A stretch of DNA of 64,000 nucleotides, from assembly GCA_026770705.1 (NCBI GenBank), contig JANJGN010000014.1:115196001-115260000 (forward strand). Reading direction: 5' to 3'. This DNA comes from Isurus oxyrinchus. Lineage: Eukaryota. Every line of letters starts with the position of its first letter. Position 1 is the first letter of the stretch. Under the pieces are notes generated by a model. The model did not search any database. It was not told the origin of the DNA and saw only the letters and a list, made by a program, of their open reading frames with translations. Below are positions 14,216 through 27,335 of this stretch, piece after piece. Made by a program: the position numbers and the translations under genes.

Positions 14216-14319
14216 TAAATGGAAGGCTCATCATTCTGCTCTACTGTGCTGTGCTGGTGTGATCTTTTTCTCTTCTACAACTGAATGCATATTCCCTTCT
14301 GACCAACTCCCGGTCCTTC

Positions 14320-14556
14320 ACACAAACACGTACAAACACACGCCCTCTCACTAACACACACGCACTCACTCTCTCAAACATGCACACTCACTCACTCTCT
14401 TGCGCACACACTTTCCCTCTCTCACACACACACACTCTTTCTCTCTCATACAGACACACACTCTCTCGCGTGCATGCACACATTCTCTCACTCACAAACA
14501 CACACTCACTCACACACACACCCCCACTCATACACAAGCACACACTGTCGCTGACA
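14320..14556. repeat. Compound (CA)n/(CT)n microsatellite
   Basis: Directly visible; runs into a gap. Confidence 0.95.
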
Positions 14557-14685
14557 NNNNNNNNNNNNNNNNNNNNNNNNNNNNNNNNNNNNNNNNNNNN
14601 NNNNNNNNNNNNNNNNNNNNNNNNNNNNNNNNNNNNNNNNNNNNNNNNNNNNNNNNNNNNNNNNNNNNNNNNNNNNNNNNNNNNN
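14557..14685. other. Assembly gap (129 N)
   Basis: Run of N. Confidence 0.99.
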
Positions 14686-15377
14686 CCCATAAATCTCACC
14701 TAATTGAATTAAACCTTGACCACTAGGGATCTGCAGCAGTTTTCAAAACTGATTCCATTTTTATTCCATTATGTGTCTCCACTTCTAGGCTCTTGTGTTA
14801 AATTTTCTCAATCTTACTCAATCTTGATCTTATTTTCAACTATCACTGTGTACTTGGCAAATTATTAAAGGTGAAGCTTTACTTTTCACAAGGTACTTCA
14901 GCCTGGGTGGGGGTTGGAAGAAATCTAACTCCTCCAGTGATCCCCATGGAGCTTTCAATCTGTTCTTAAGCCAAGGAAATGGGAAGCAGTGAGGATGCAA
15001 AGTGTTAACACTGCATGCAACTTATTTCAGAACAGACTCAAAAGACAAGTATCTTGTTGCATTCTCATCCCTATCTCAAGAAAAATAATTAAACTGTTGC
15101 TGAGTTCATTCCATCAAAACAAACCCAATAAAAAGCAGCGCCACTTTTATTAATCCTTTGCCCTCACTTGGGACAGAACATTCCACTGCAATGAATGTTT
15201 TTTTTGGTTGGGGAAGTTAGGAACATCTTCAACAAGTCAGCTTTGTTTTGAAACAGCAAGAAAATAAAGAAGGCTCTGCCACTTTAAATGTGCTTTTAAA
15301 AAGACTCAGTTCAATATTAATTTGAACAGGTATTAGATCAAAACCAGTACAGATGGTTACCAGGAGCAGTTCAGCTT

Positions 15378-15548
15378 CTGATAAAGCAGGCTAAGCAAAA
15401 TCTCCTGTGCACACATGCACAAGAAGGCTGCTTCATCTTTAACTAACTTGAACCTGTCTGAGGTGGTTCCAAACAAGCTAGTTTAAATTTAATTCGTTCA
15501 TTTTTGCACATGTGCACACAGGAGACTTGGTTTAGATAAGCTTATCAG
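15378..15548. repeat. Long inverted repeat / hairpin-forming MITE-like element
   Basis: Left arm ctgataaagcaggctaagcaaaatctcctgtgcacacatgcaca; reverse complement of right arm ctgataagcttatctaaaccaagtctcctgtgtgcacatgtgca. Confidence 0.8.
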
Positions 15549-17043
15549 CTCTCACACCCTTGCATTTCTCACTAGAAATTATCTTTTTTCTCAAAGTAGC
15601 AGAGTTGATAATGCATGTTACCATTCTGACCAAACTTTATAGTACGTTATGCATGGGGTTCAATTGCTTATGCTTCCAAAAGCTTGTGGTCTGCTGGAAG
15701 TAGAACTGTTGCCACTGTGAACATAGGGGCAAGGCTGGTGCTAAACTTGAGCTGAACATGAACTCCTCCTGAATCTGTTTTCTCTGTTAAAGGTCTCTCA
15801 GGCAAAATTACTTTCAAAGACTAAAAGGAAAAACTGAGTTTCAGAGTAATTTTTGCATTTAATTGCATGGAGTTTATAAAACACTGACATTCAAAAATGT
15901 TTTGATGCCTATACTCCTAATTCTGCACAGGATTTCGGTAACATTTGGGAACACGGGTAAATTAATATTGCATTTGGTCCAGGTGACCTAACCAAAATGT
16001 ATGTTTAGCTGTTTTGTATAGTACCTACTACATGACCAACTGCATCAAAAAACACAATGAAAAGCATTGCAACCAAGAATTATTTCCAAAATAATTGGAT
16101 GAATGTCAATATAACAGGGCCTCATGAAGACTAATACGCAATTCCAACAATCATCAAGAGAATCCATAGGCATCTGCCCCCACAACTCTGTAAGAGTTTA
16201 AAAATACCAAGTTGGAACCTAAAACAAACTTCGGAGCAAAATGCCTAATTAGTTCCGTATAGGTCTTCAGGTACACACTGATCACAGATGGGTTAGCTGT
16301 TCATTCGTGGTGCTCTAACAAGCATAAATAAAGTATTTAATGAATGATACTGGGACAGAGGCACAGAGGCTTAATGGAAGGTAGCACCAAAGAAATCAAT
16401 CAGAGCAGGTTTGGAGGAACTTAGTAAGATGAACTTGAGCATAAGGGGTCAAATCTGTATAAACTGAATCACATTGAGAATGCACTGGACGTATCACAAC
16501 AGTAAGCACCTTTACATAAACGTAGCTAACAGAAGTTTCAATCTTCCTCTATAGGTAATGCAAGGGTTAATTTCTTCACTCGTTAGCATTGTTTTGTTGG
16601 CCTAAAGCAAGTCAGGTATTAGGATAGAACTGACTGTAACTTCAGAATATTTCAGATTTTCCCCACATGCCATTACTGCAAGACTAATATCACATTTTAT
16701 ATTCCACATCCCTCCACTGCCCACCCCCTTCCTCCCACACCGCTCCCCCCCCCCCCCCCGCCCCAACCACCCACCACCCACCCCCACCACTCCATCACCC
16801 TTAAGAGAAAAACAGCACTTTATTAGGGTGGCTGAATATGTCTTGGACTAGGTACATCAGCAGCAAGATATTATTCACCTACTCATCACATAAGAAGCAA
16901 GCAAACAATTGCTGAAGCTAATTTCTTAATTAGCTGTGCTCTGGCAGTAATGATTGCAGATTGTGTCAACTAAAATCTGTTTGGATTCTGTAAATTGGAG
17001 TCCGACAAGCATCCCGTTCCGCCTAAAACCTGATAACTCTCAC

Positions 17044-17088
17044 CCCCCTGTCTTTTGTTTTTCCTTCCAGCCTTCTTCCTGTCGCCAT
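17044..17088 (-). CDS. Candidate alternative first coding exon (MATGRRLEGKTKDRG, phase 0)
   Basis: Strong Kozak gagATGG, 15 codons, donor GGG|gtgaga, local CpG retention, G-rich tract ~250 bp into the putative intron. Confidence 0.3.
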
Positions 17089-17573
17089 CTCAGTATTTAA
17101 TCTGACACCGTCAGGCAGCTAGAATGTTTTATTCTTCCTCTCCCCCTCAAAGAGGAAAAAAGGAAAAACGAAACATTTACGTGGGTACAGGAGAGCTGGC
17201 TGGTTCTTTCAACACAGGAAACCAAGAGAAACCTAGTGGCGACTTACAAATGAGAAGAGCTCTTTCTCAACAGCTAATCAAGACTGTGCTTTAAATACAT
17301 GAAATGATAGCTCTTAAAGTTCACTATAGTTTCTTTACCAATGTCGTCATCCATTCAGCATTCCAGCTCCATCCAAAACCATAGGCCCTAACCCTAACAG
17401 AGATAACTGCTACATATCCCTATCACTTATCCATGAAACCAGATGGCATTCAATTTCTTTTCACAAAGTATTTTTCTACTTTCTTCAATTACTCTGATTA
17501 CTTTGACATTTAGAACAAAACTGCAAGTTGGTTTTATTTTAAAATAAAGAGGTGTGATACATGTTGAATTTTA

Positions 17574-17581
<8 letters not shown>

Positions 17582-17623
<42 letters not shown>

Positions 17624-17628
17624 TATAT
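17582..17628. repeat. (TA)n microsatellite
   Basis: Directly visible. Confidence 0.98.
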
Positions 17629-20600
17629 GTAAAAAAAATCCAGGCTGTGTAGGCAACAGGCAGGTTGCTTGTCTTGGTATCTCCATAATCCTTTTATGCA
17701 AACAAATCCATGGCTTTTATAACCTGCCCTTGATCGTAAAATAAAACCCAACATCACACTGAAAGTAACAGGAAAGAAGCCAATTATGTCCTTCATCTAT
17801 CGAGGGAAAAGGGATCCGAGCAAGATGTGTTGACGCTCTTTGGTGTGTCTCAAAATTCAAAATACAAATCAATGAAAATATAAAAGCTTCAAAGAAAACA
17901 AACGCCACATTGAAAGTGAATGGTGAGATTTCAGTAGCACACATCAAGAGCACCTACATTTACAGTTATAAGGAATAAATTGAGTCAAATTTATATATCT
18001 AGATTTGTTTCTGGCTTCCAGTTTCAGAATTTTGCAAACTGGTTTCAAACACAAGAGCCTGAAGACTGAAATATCTTGTCAGATGCTATCCCACTCCCTC
18101 AACTCCCTTTTGCCACCCACCCAGCCATAGAAAGAATTAATGTCCAGGCCAAAGCCCTGAAAAAAAAAAGCCTCACCTCCAGCTAAACAAAAGAGTCGAG
18201 GTAAAACCTGTGTCCAATTAGCAAAAAGGGGAATCTAATTCAGAAAGAGATCATTTTTTTGTCCTCATGCGGCCAGCAAGCTGTTTTCATTTCCTGTCAG
18301 AAACCCTTGAACACTAAGAAGTTACCTGACTCAGCTTCTTGTAGAAATCAAATTCAGTTGGAGATAACAGCTAATCATTTGTCACCGTGAAGCAATTCCC
18401 TGAAATCTGAGGGAAAACCCACAGCTGCAATCTGCAGTCCTGTCAGATCAGAAGAAATTACATTCTGTGGTGACTAACCTCTGCTCTCCGAGCACTAACA
18501 ACAGCAGTTGACTCTATCAAAACAGAATATTATGAACCTGTAGCACTTTGAACCACGGTGAGGCAGCTTATTCCAATAACCCAGCCCCCCAACCGAAGAC
18601 CTATAGTCATATACTGTTGCCTCGCCTCAGCTTCAATTTTCGGCACCAAGTGCAGTTTGTTGCATTTTGTATCTACATAGCTATGTGCACATAATTTACA
18701 TACTAACTGAAAAGCATTTGTCAGCTGAAGTCATGCATTTGCCATCTAGAACATTTAGTGTGAAAAGAGGAGGTAGCACTCCTAGTCGAGAACAGTTCTG
18801 TTTTATACATGCAACAGTGAATCTGGGAATACAGCCATATCACATTTTCCATACTTAATTTCTTTATTCTCGGCCTCGAAGACAGCGTGATTCTGTTTGC
18901 AGCATCGGCTGGGAAAGTACAATATTGCTAGTGTTTAAAACTGGGTTAGCAATGAATTTTGTTGTGTCAGTAATTCATTAAGTCAGTGTCATCTACTTCA
19001 CTAGTAATCACATGTAAGTAATATAAGATATTTAACCCAATGCTATAAGAAGGGGCTTGTTTGTCATGTCACTACTATTATAATATGTTTAAAACAAGGT
19101 CCAGGATGGACTAATTAGCTTTATATGAAACGTTATCTAGCACAGTGTATGCCTGCAGCTCAAAAGTACAACACACATCTAACATGCATATTTGGGGTGG
19201 GGAGGAGATGAATGCTGCTACTTATAGCTAACAGGACATAAATTTATGTAACAGGATACTACAGGGTGATAAAGCATGATTCTCCCCTCCTCCATTGCCT
19301 GGCCTGTTTTGTTTTTGTGCTGTTTCATATACTTTTTAATATCAATTTAATTCTTTGACTTGTGGAAATACAAATACTTATCAAAGGTGGAATGGCACAA
19401 AAGCAGAGAAGAAATCAGGGGGACTATTTCTAATTTGGTGCCTTCACATGGTTCAGCACATTGGCGAAACTCAACTAAATGTGATAATCAACTATTCATT
19501 TCAATAGAAGCAATTACGGTTGTGCTATTGTTCACAATGATTTAAGCTCCCCCTCGCCAAAGCCTCTTTCTATGATGTATCCCAAATTTTTTCTGACATA
19601 GAACATAAAAATACAGCATGGTTTCAGAAATAAAAGGCAAGTTCCTCTAAAACACAAATTGCTGCTCCTCTTACCCTTTCGGGGTTATTTCGGGGAACCC
19701 ACTTACTAAACCCTCGAATCAATTATTACACTTTCTTTTTCACCTGATCCAGCTTACTTTGAGATTCTACAAACATTTACAGCATTTTTCAAGAGCAAAA
19801 GAAAATTGCCCACTCTTCTGAAATTTAAGCAGCCGATGCAAGAAAGATTCCCCAGGAGTAGTCAGATTTTCTCAGGTTTAACTAAATAATTTATGCATTC
19901 TTTCAGTTTGGCACGGTGAAGCAATTTTAGCCTTTACAAACTACAACTCCTCAAGAGGCAGAAAAGAGTCTTGTTCCTGCTCAGTTGAATAACTAAAGCA
20001 GAGAAGGAATCGGGGGACTATTGCTAATTTCTAAACAGCAAAGGTGGAAGAGCTCTGTACATTTTTCCCCTTTTTTGGCCAACCAGGACAGAAAATATAG
20101 GTGCCAAAAAAAGCTGAGCTACAGCATAAATCCACTCCCCCTTGAAAATTCTTTGTCACTTGGAAGCACATAGGATTTGGGGAATGGGTAAAAATGGTAC
20201 AGTGTGTCAATGTGTCTCCTGGCCTTACATCAGGATTCAATAATTGCCAAAGGGAGAATTTGCTTTCCCTTTTGCTGATTCACAATGATATATATCTGTG
20301 AAATAAGACTGTGGCACTGAGGCAGAAGCCCCTGCAAACTGACAAGCAAAACACCTTCCAACTTGAACACTTACAAGGTGAAGAAAATGGGCATAGAACA
20401 GTTTCCCTCATTAGCCTCAGGGCAAATAAAAATTAGGGAAATGTTGTTCATTATCATTACCAAACAAAATGCAGGTCGAAAAGAAAGAAGAAAAAACCCA
20501 ATTAAAAACACTTTTTCATATAGTAACTGTACAAATTGAAGCGGTTACACATCTCAATCAAATGGGTTCTCTCCAAGTGAATGTTATATTCCTGATCTTC

Positions 20601-21105
20601 TAAAGATTTACACCCTCATGGTGACAACTTTTAAAGTGATATACCAAAGATCAAATGGAACTGGACCATTCAGACTGGCACAACGTAGTGTGGGCCATCA
20701 AGCACCCCAAACCTTAAATCTGCTCTGTTAATGCTTCATGTAAAATGACCAATTTTTCCTGTTAATGAGAAATCTGAACCCAAGCTTGGAGCTGAACCCA
20801 GCTTTCTCATATACTATGGACGTTGACACAGCAATTGCAAAGCCTCACATCTGACTCCAAGTTTCTTTGGTTAGGTACAGATCAAATTCAACTGAAGCAA
20901 ATTAGATATTTGAATAATTGCTAGCTGGCCCTTGACAAATATAAAGTAAATGCGTGATGTGACCCTGATGCACTTCATGCTGGACATAGCTCTAGGATAT
21001 CTAAGCAGCAGGTACTAGTACAGAAATCAGAGCTCACATGGCAAACCAGGGTAATCATTCCAAAGTGCTGTGACATCGCATTACAATCAGGATCAAATAA
21101 CCAAC

Positions 21106-21754
21106 GGGCTGGATTTAATGTAGACCATTGCAGCAGGAAAAATGGTAGCCAGGCCCAATTAATCGTTGGAGAGGCCCCATGTAAGTCTCCCGGCGGAGGG
21201 AGAACCTCCCCCAATTAAGTCAGAAAGTGGAGAACTACAATTTAGTGATGCCTCAGGGATTAATGGGAGCCGCATGACTTTCCAGCGCCCTTGGAAGGCC
21301 ACCCAGCCAACTCTGTTGGGGCTTACCAAGCGCCCTGTGAATGATTGGGGGACACAGCATCTGGAAAGGGAGGGTCTTCTGAAAGCCACACCTTGTCTCT
21401 GGCCCTGTGTTCCCCTCTGTCCTGCAACCACCCCAACCCTGCAACCCCACCCTGCCCTCCCTAGCCTTTAGTTTGGGCCTGCCTAGGCCTCTGCTGGGCA
21501 CAGTGCTGCCAGAAGCCACCATTCTCTCTGGTCCTGATGGCATTGATGAGCTTCTAGCCTCTGATTGGCTGACCGCTCTCAGCAGATGGGACTACCGCCA
21601 CCAGGGACCTCAATTGTGGGGGAAGCCCAATGGTGGCCACTTGAGCGCCTAAAGGGCACGATTCCATTGGGCCACCCCCGCGTGTCCGACAGGGGTTCCC
21701 CACTGATCTCAGACTGGTGGACTAGATCCTTGTCAGCCCCACAAAATCCAGACC
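21106..21754. mobile_element. Harbinger-type MITE
   Basis: TIRs gggctggatttaatg / cacaaaatccagacc; GC-rich interior explains the cluster of spurious ORFs; TSD not preserved. Confidence 0.75.
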
Positions 21755-22350
21755 ATAGAAACTTACAGCACAGAAGAAGGCCATTCTGCCTCTCATTTTT
21801 TGTCTGTAACTCACTAAGTTCTTCATCCTCAAGTGTCTGTCCAATAAAAATGATAGAATCAGCTTCCACTACCTCTTTAGAGAGTGTATTCCAGATCCCA
21901 TCACCAGTCTGAGTGAACAAATCTCTCCTCATTTCCTCTTCAGATCTCTCACCAATTATTTTAAATCTATGATCGTTGGCTATTGACCCACTTGCCAGGG
22001 GAAACAATTTTTCTCTCTCTACTCTATGGAGGCAATTTTACAGCCCCGTTGTGGTGGGGGCGGGGCGCTAAAATATGAAAAACCATTGAAAAGTCCATTG
22101 ACTTTGGGGGGATCGTAAGATCCTGCCATCATAAAACTTCTTCTCATCTTGAAACGTCTATCAGATCACCTTTTCTACTATGCTGCTAATTTTTCCATCG
22201 CTCCTCATAACTGATAAAGACCCTCACTCTGGTAAACTTCCGCTGTACCCTTTCACAGACCTTTACATTTTTCCTGAAGTGTGGTTTCTGGAACCGTCCA
22301 CAATGTTCCAGCTGAGACCTAACCAGCGATTTGTACCATTCTATGATGCC
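21755..22350 (-). mobile_element. CR1 LINE 3' fragment, interrupted by a small MITE
   Basis: Minus ORF FPLASGSIANDHRFKIIGERSEEEMRRDLFTQ..IWNTL is a CR1 ORF2 C-terminus (TRGHxxK..R..FFSQRVV..WNxL). Confidence 0.85.
22028..22128. mobile_element. Small Harbinger-type MITE nested in CR1
   Basis: Degenerate TIRs ggcaattttac / gtaagatcctgcc; same family as 3475-3576. Confidence 0.55.
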
Positions 22351-22814
22351 TGCTTTTATTTAGGGATCAGAAAAGCAGCTTAAGGGTGAACTCCTAGGCT
22401 AGCCTACAGCCAAAATTAGACTGTGTTGCTACAATGTAGCATTCATAAATCTGCCTTTATATTGGGTTAAGTGCTGTGTGAGAACCCCAAAATTAAACAC
22501 GCTACTTATGTAAGGTCTTTTTTTTAAACCGAACCAGCCTATGGTTTACCATAGCAAATCAAACAGAATTTCTTTGGCTGGGAGACACCAGCAGGGGCTG
22601 GAGTCATTGGCACTGGATTCACATGTATAAACAGAGGGCTGGGGGTTTTATAGGCTGCAATCACCTCAGATAAAACCATACTATGTTCAATGGGATAACA
22701 GTGTCAATCCACTGTCAGTGATAAGATCATTATGCACTCTTTCATAGCTAAACTTATTTTTCTTCAGCACTGCTTCTCCAGTGGCATGTAATGCCATTAC
22801 ATCATTCAATCTCC

Positions 22815-23070
22815 AGATATCTCAGTTGGTAAATGAACAACCTCGTGCTGAACTGAGCACAGAGGCCAACAAAATTCCCAAGCTCAACATACCAGTATCT
22901 GCTAAGTTAACTTGAATCAGCTGACGCAATAGGCGAGCACAGCATTAGGCCACAGCATTCGTTTTCTGAAAAGAGTCAAAATTAGTTGCGGCTCCTGCTC
23001 CTGACTGCTATCCAGTGACTTATACTTGCAAGTGCATTTATATGAATGCCATGTGAGACAAACTTATGTG
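22815..23070 (+). mobile_element. tRNA-derived SINE (AmnSINE2-like)
   Basis: A-box-like ctcagttggtaa; body motif cctgctcctgactgctatccagtgac. Confidence 0.65.
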
Positions 23071-23344
23071 TAATGCTCCCATATTTGAATAGCCACTTAT
23101 CCTGATGGAACCACTGTAGACTAGCCTGGCCCTGATCCTCCACATAGACTAAAGATATTCCTGGAATACCTGAACTACCTGCCTTTATGTGTTGACAGTA
23201 CAGCAGGCAATTAAGAGGGGAAACAGCACAACATGACAAGGAAAAGAACTGATCCTAGTTTTATCTCAAATTTCCATTGTAAATTCAAACCTATATTGAG
23301 ATCAAGGTAGTGGGGAGTTTTTAAGTTCTATTAAAAATTTATTT

Positions 23345-24748
23345 CTGTGCAGTTGTTCAAAAAAAGTTGTAAGGATAAGTCCAGCAACTACAAACCAGTC
23401 AGTTTAACTTTGGTGGTGGGGAAGCTTCTCGAAACAATTATCCAGGATAGAATTAACAGTCACATGGAAATATGTGGGTTGATTAGGAAGAACCAGCATG
23501 GATTTCTTAATGGAACATTGTGTTTAACTAACTTGCTGGAGTTTTTTGAAGAGGTAACACAGAGGACTGATGAGGGTAATGCTGTTGATGTGGTGTATGT
23601 GGACTTCCAAAAGGCATTCAATACAGTACCACACAACAGATTTGTGAGAAAAGTTATAGCTCATGGAATAAAAGGGACAGCAGCAATGTGTTTACAAAAT
23701 TTGTTGAGTAATAGGATACAGCGAATAATGGTTAATGGATAATTTTTGAGCTGGAGTAAAGTTTGTTCCTCAGGGGTCGATATTGGGATTCTTGCTTTTT
23801 CTGATATATATTAATGATCTAGATCATGGTATGCAGGGGACAATTTCGAAGTTTGAGGATGATACAAAACTTGGAAGCATTGTAAACTGTGAGGAGGATA
23901 GTGTAGAACTTCTAAAGGACATAGACAAGTTGGTGGAGTGGTGAGATCAATGGCAGATGAAGTTCAATGCAGAGAAATGTGAAGTGATTTATTTTGGTAG
24001 GAAGAACATGGAGAGGCAATAAAAAAATAAGGGGTACAACTCTAAAGGGTTTGCATGAGCAGAGGGACCTATGTGCAAAGGTCATTAAAGATGGCAGGAC
24101 AGGTGGAGAGAGCAGTTAATAAAGCATGCAGTGTCCTAGGCTTTATTATTAGGGCATGGAGTGCAAGAGCAAGGTTATGCTGAACATGTATAAGATGCTA
24201 GTTAGACCTCAGCTGGAGTACTGTGTACAGTTCTGGGCACCACCTTTAGGAAGGATGTAAATGCATTGGAAAGAATGCAGAAGAGGTTTACAAGAATGGT
24301 CCAGGGTTGAGAAACTTCAGTTATGAAGATAGACTGGAGAAGTTGGGACTGTTCTCCTGGGAGAGGAGAAGGATAAGAGGAGATTTGATAGAGGTGTTCA
24401 AAATCATGAGGGGGCTAGGCAGAGTAAATAGGAGAAACTGTTCCCGCTTGTAAAAGGATCGAGAAAGAGAGGACACAGATTTAAAGTGATTTGCAAAAGA
24501 AGGAAATGCGATGTGAGAGAAAACCTTTTCACACACCAAGTGGTTCGGGTCTAGAGGTGGAAGCAGGTTCAGTCGAGGCATTAAAGAGGGCAGTAGATGA
24601 TTATTAAAATAGAAACAATGTGCAAACAATGTTACAGAGGAAAGGCAGGAGAATGGCAATAAGTCATAATGCTCATTCGGAGAGCTGGTGCAGACACAAT
24701 GGGCCGAATGGCCTCCTTGTGCATCGTAACAATTCTATGGTTCTATGG
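23345..24748 (+). mobile_element. 5'-truncated CR1 LINE with decayed reverse transcriptase
   Basis: RT motifs NYKPVSLT, QHGF, VDVVYVDFQKAFNTVPH, VPQGSILG, YINDL and KFEDDTKL (FADD-like); stops and frameshifts; terminal ttctatgg repeats. Confidence 0.97.
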
Positions 24749-24749
24749 T

Positions 24750-24945
24750 AGTTCCTCAGATAGATCAATGGTTAAATTTACTGCATGACATCATATTGAA
24801 CTGTACACACCATGAAAGCCCCAGCTTTTATCCCCGGCCTATACTGAGTTATTCAGCTTCAGTTTGGTTGCACTGAGGGTGCCCAACTGGCCTCTACTTA
24901 GGGAACTGAAAAAAATTAGTCAAGAGTTTTGATGCTCAATAAAAC
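24750..24945 (+). mobile_element. tRNA-derived SINE (AmnSINE2-like) fragment
   Basis: Decayed head with atccccggcctatactgagtta and aactggcctc. Confidence 0.55.
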
Positions 24946-26009
24946 AACTGTTCATGAAAATGAATCACTCATCAAAAAAGAGATGGTAAACAGAACAATA
25001 TTTCTCTCTAGCCCCAAGTTTAAGTAACATGATGCACAAACCACTAGAAGCGTGCAGAAGACAGATATGCTTAAACAGCAAAGTAATAAAAATCAATATC
25101 CTGGAATATTCCCCCCTCCTTATCTGTGATAACAGCATTGGTATTAAGTTTTTCACATGTAACAACAGCGCCTATCAGTTTCCACTGTTCTTCCTATGCC
25201 AGCTATTATAGGGCCTATAACCACCTGGGGGACTGCACTGGCAGCAAGGCTCATCCCACAGAGTTGACCAGATGCCAGCTTCATTGCATCAGCGTCAATT
25301 TGTTTCAACCCAAACTGGACAAGGCCAAGGCACACAGCTCACCCCCACCCACTCTCCTTTGCAAGGACTTACAAAACACACTGCATTGTTTCAACAAAAA
25401 AGCGAGAGGGTAGGTAGGCAATTCAACTTATTTTTATACTTTCTTTTGTACTGTTGTGATTAAGGTTGCAGAATATTTAACCCTTGAGCTCCCACGTATA
25501 ATTAAGCATTCCATTTCCAAAAGGCGAAATTTTTGGCATTGTTGCACGTCCTATTCATTCTTTGGATTGGAATGGCAGCCTAAGTTTAAACTAAAAAAAG
25601 AACTGGTTATAGCCTGTAATGGAAATAACTGATAAGCCCAGCACTGCCCACCTGAATTCTTACATCTTTGTTTTTATTTTTTTTTCTCATAGGTTTTCTT
25701 TTCTCTGGAAGATGTTTGTTCCCTGCTAGAATCAGTCTAGATGGTTGTTAGTTCCTTCCCCAAATGACCATTGTTTATGTGTGAGCCTTGATGGTGCATG
25801 CCAGTGAACTGTGCGGGGCACCACAGTCAAGGCTGATCCTATCCTCACTGTATTTCCATGCATAGGCTCTTACATGCAGCAGATCCTTGGTTATGGTCAA
25901 GTTTGGGAACTGTGGCTATTTTTCTCAGCCTGCCCCAGGAGCATTGAGGCCCACTGGAGGGCCTCTATATATTGTCTTAGCTGGGATTAGGTAGCTGCAA
26001 ACACTGGGT

Positions 26010-26256
26010 CTAAAATAAAAACAGAAAAAACTGGAAATACTCAGCAGATTATACAGCACCTGTGAAGAGAGAAAGGGAGTTAATGTTTCAGGGCAATGAC
26101 CTTTCATCAGGACTGTTCTCCTATTCTGGCAGAAAGGTCATCGATTTAATATACTAATTCTGTTCCTTTCCCCATAGATGCTGCCAGACCTGTTGGTCAT
26201 TTACAGCATTTTCTGTTTTAATTTCAAATTTCCAGCATCTTCAGAATTTTGCTTTT
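26010..26256. mobile_element. Penelope-like element inverted terminal remnant
   Basis: Two ~105-bp inverted arms (aaaacagaaaa..ctggaaatactcagcag / cagcattttctgtttt) around a ~10-nt loop; each arm ends in a hammerhead-like motif. Confidence 0.8.
26077..26115 (-). ncRNA. Minimal type I hammerhead ribozyme motif (decayed, PLE-derived)
   Basis: Minus strand reads agtc-CTGATGA-a-aggtc-att-gccct-GAAA-catt-aact: both catalytic boxes intact, stem II with one mismatch. Confidence 0.65.
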
Positions 26257-26534
26257 GAAAGCCTAGGACCTTCCTGGCTTGTATGACACAGCTAATGGTC
26301 GTCTAAACTTGCTGAGCTATCAGAGGAGTCATAATGCCTTTCCTAATGTTACTGTTATTTAGAAACTACTTTCATTTCATGAATAAATGTGCTAAAAGTC
26401 TACATTACTGCACTGAGATGGCTGCTCAGTTTAACTGGGTGTGACAAATGGACCTGAAATTCTTTTTGTTGTTATAAAGAATTTGTGTTAACAAGGGCGG
26501 GGAGATGGATTTTCTTCTTTCTTGCTCCCAGTGG

Positions 26535-26745
26535 GGGTCTGTTAGCTCAGTTCACTAGGACGTGATGCAGAATGAAGCCAATGACGGGTTCAATCCACAT
26601 ACCGCCTGTGGTACTTCATGGAGGCCTGCGTCCTCACCTTGCCCCATACTTACAGAGTGGTGACCCTCAAGCCATATATAACCAATTGTCTCTCTTTAAT
26701 GGAGAGAAATTCCTATGGTCCTTTGTGAACTATACTAATTACTGC
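26535..26745 (+). mobile_element. tRNA-derived SINE (third family)
   Basis: A box ttagctcagtt, B box gggttcaatcc, non-tRNA body (tggtgaccctca..cctatggtc). Confidence 0.65.
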
Positions 26746-27149
26746 TCCCAGTGATTGAATCAAGCACTTTCCAGATTGGACTATGATAAATCCTCCTTTA
26801 AACTAAGCTCCTACTTGAAGTGGTTCTACAATGTACTGGGACATCTGCTACTCTGGAATCCATTCTATTTACATTATGGGGCAGATTTCAGAGTACCACC
26901 TGCAATGAGAAACCAAAGGCTACACTTGCACAAGACTGTGCATGTCCATTATCCCAACATCCTACAGAAAATCATCAGGATTACTTAGTTGTCTTTAAGT
27001 GTAGTGAATACAGCAGGTATTTAAGGGAAAACTTGAGAAGAATTGACAATAGTCTTAAATGTCATGTGCAATAGGAGGTCAAACCTATGTTGAAATCATG
27101 ACAGTGATAGGCTTGTAAACTTCTGCGAAATGATAACTTCTGAAGGAAC

Positions 27150-27335
27150 TCTGGGTAAATGCATTGCATGGTGTAGTGTGGCCAAAAACACCATGAAAGT
27201 CCAGGATTTGAACACAGGTCTGTGCTGTCTGAGTGGTACTGAGGATCCAGGGTTAGCCCTAACACCCCAATACTTCAGTAATCCCTGCATCTGTGGGCAT
27301 TGGGTGAGTACTGGGCTTGAATGCAATGGTGATTT
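27150..27335 (+). mobile_element. Highly decayed AmnSINE2-like fragment
   Basis: gtccaggatttgaacacaggtctgtgctg ... gtgggcattgggtgag. Confidence 0.45.

Larger units (their letters stand above)
25690..26330 (-). mobile_element. tRNA-derived SINE (AmnSINE2-like), split by a Penelope-like hairpin
   Basis: Body at 25690-26008 (tatgtgtgagcc, ctgatcctatcctcac, tgaggcc); head resumes at 26257-26330 (ggaccttcctgg..ctgagcta). Confidence 0.7.

Noticed and set aside
19758-19766. 9-nt minus-strand microexon candidate (tag|AATCTCAAA|gtaagc)
   Set aside because: Weak polypyrimidine tract; such AG..GT pairs are expected by chance in 64 kb.
20975-22007. Cluster of overlapping 80-140 aa ORFs
   Set aside because: Explained by a GC-rich MITE and a CR1 fragment; no host-protein character.
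26538-26610. Possible tRNA gene
   Set aside because: A and B boxes are present but there is no cloverleaf, and it continues into a SINE body.
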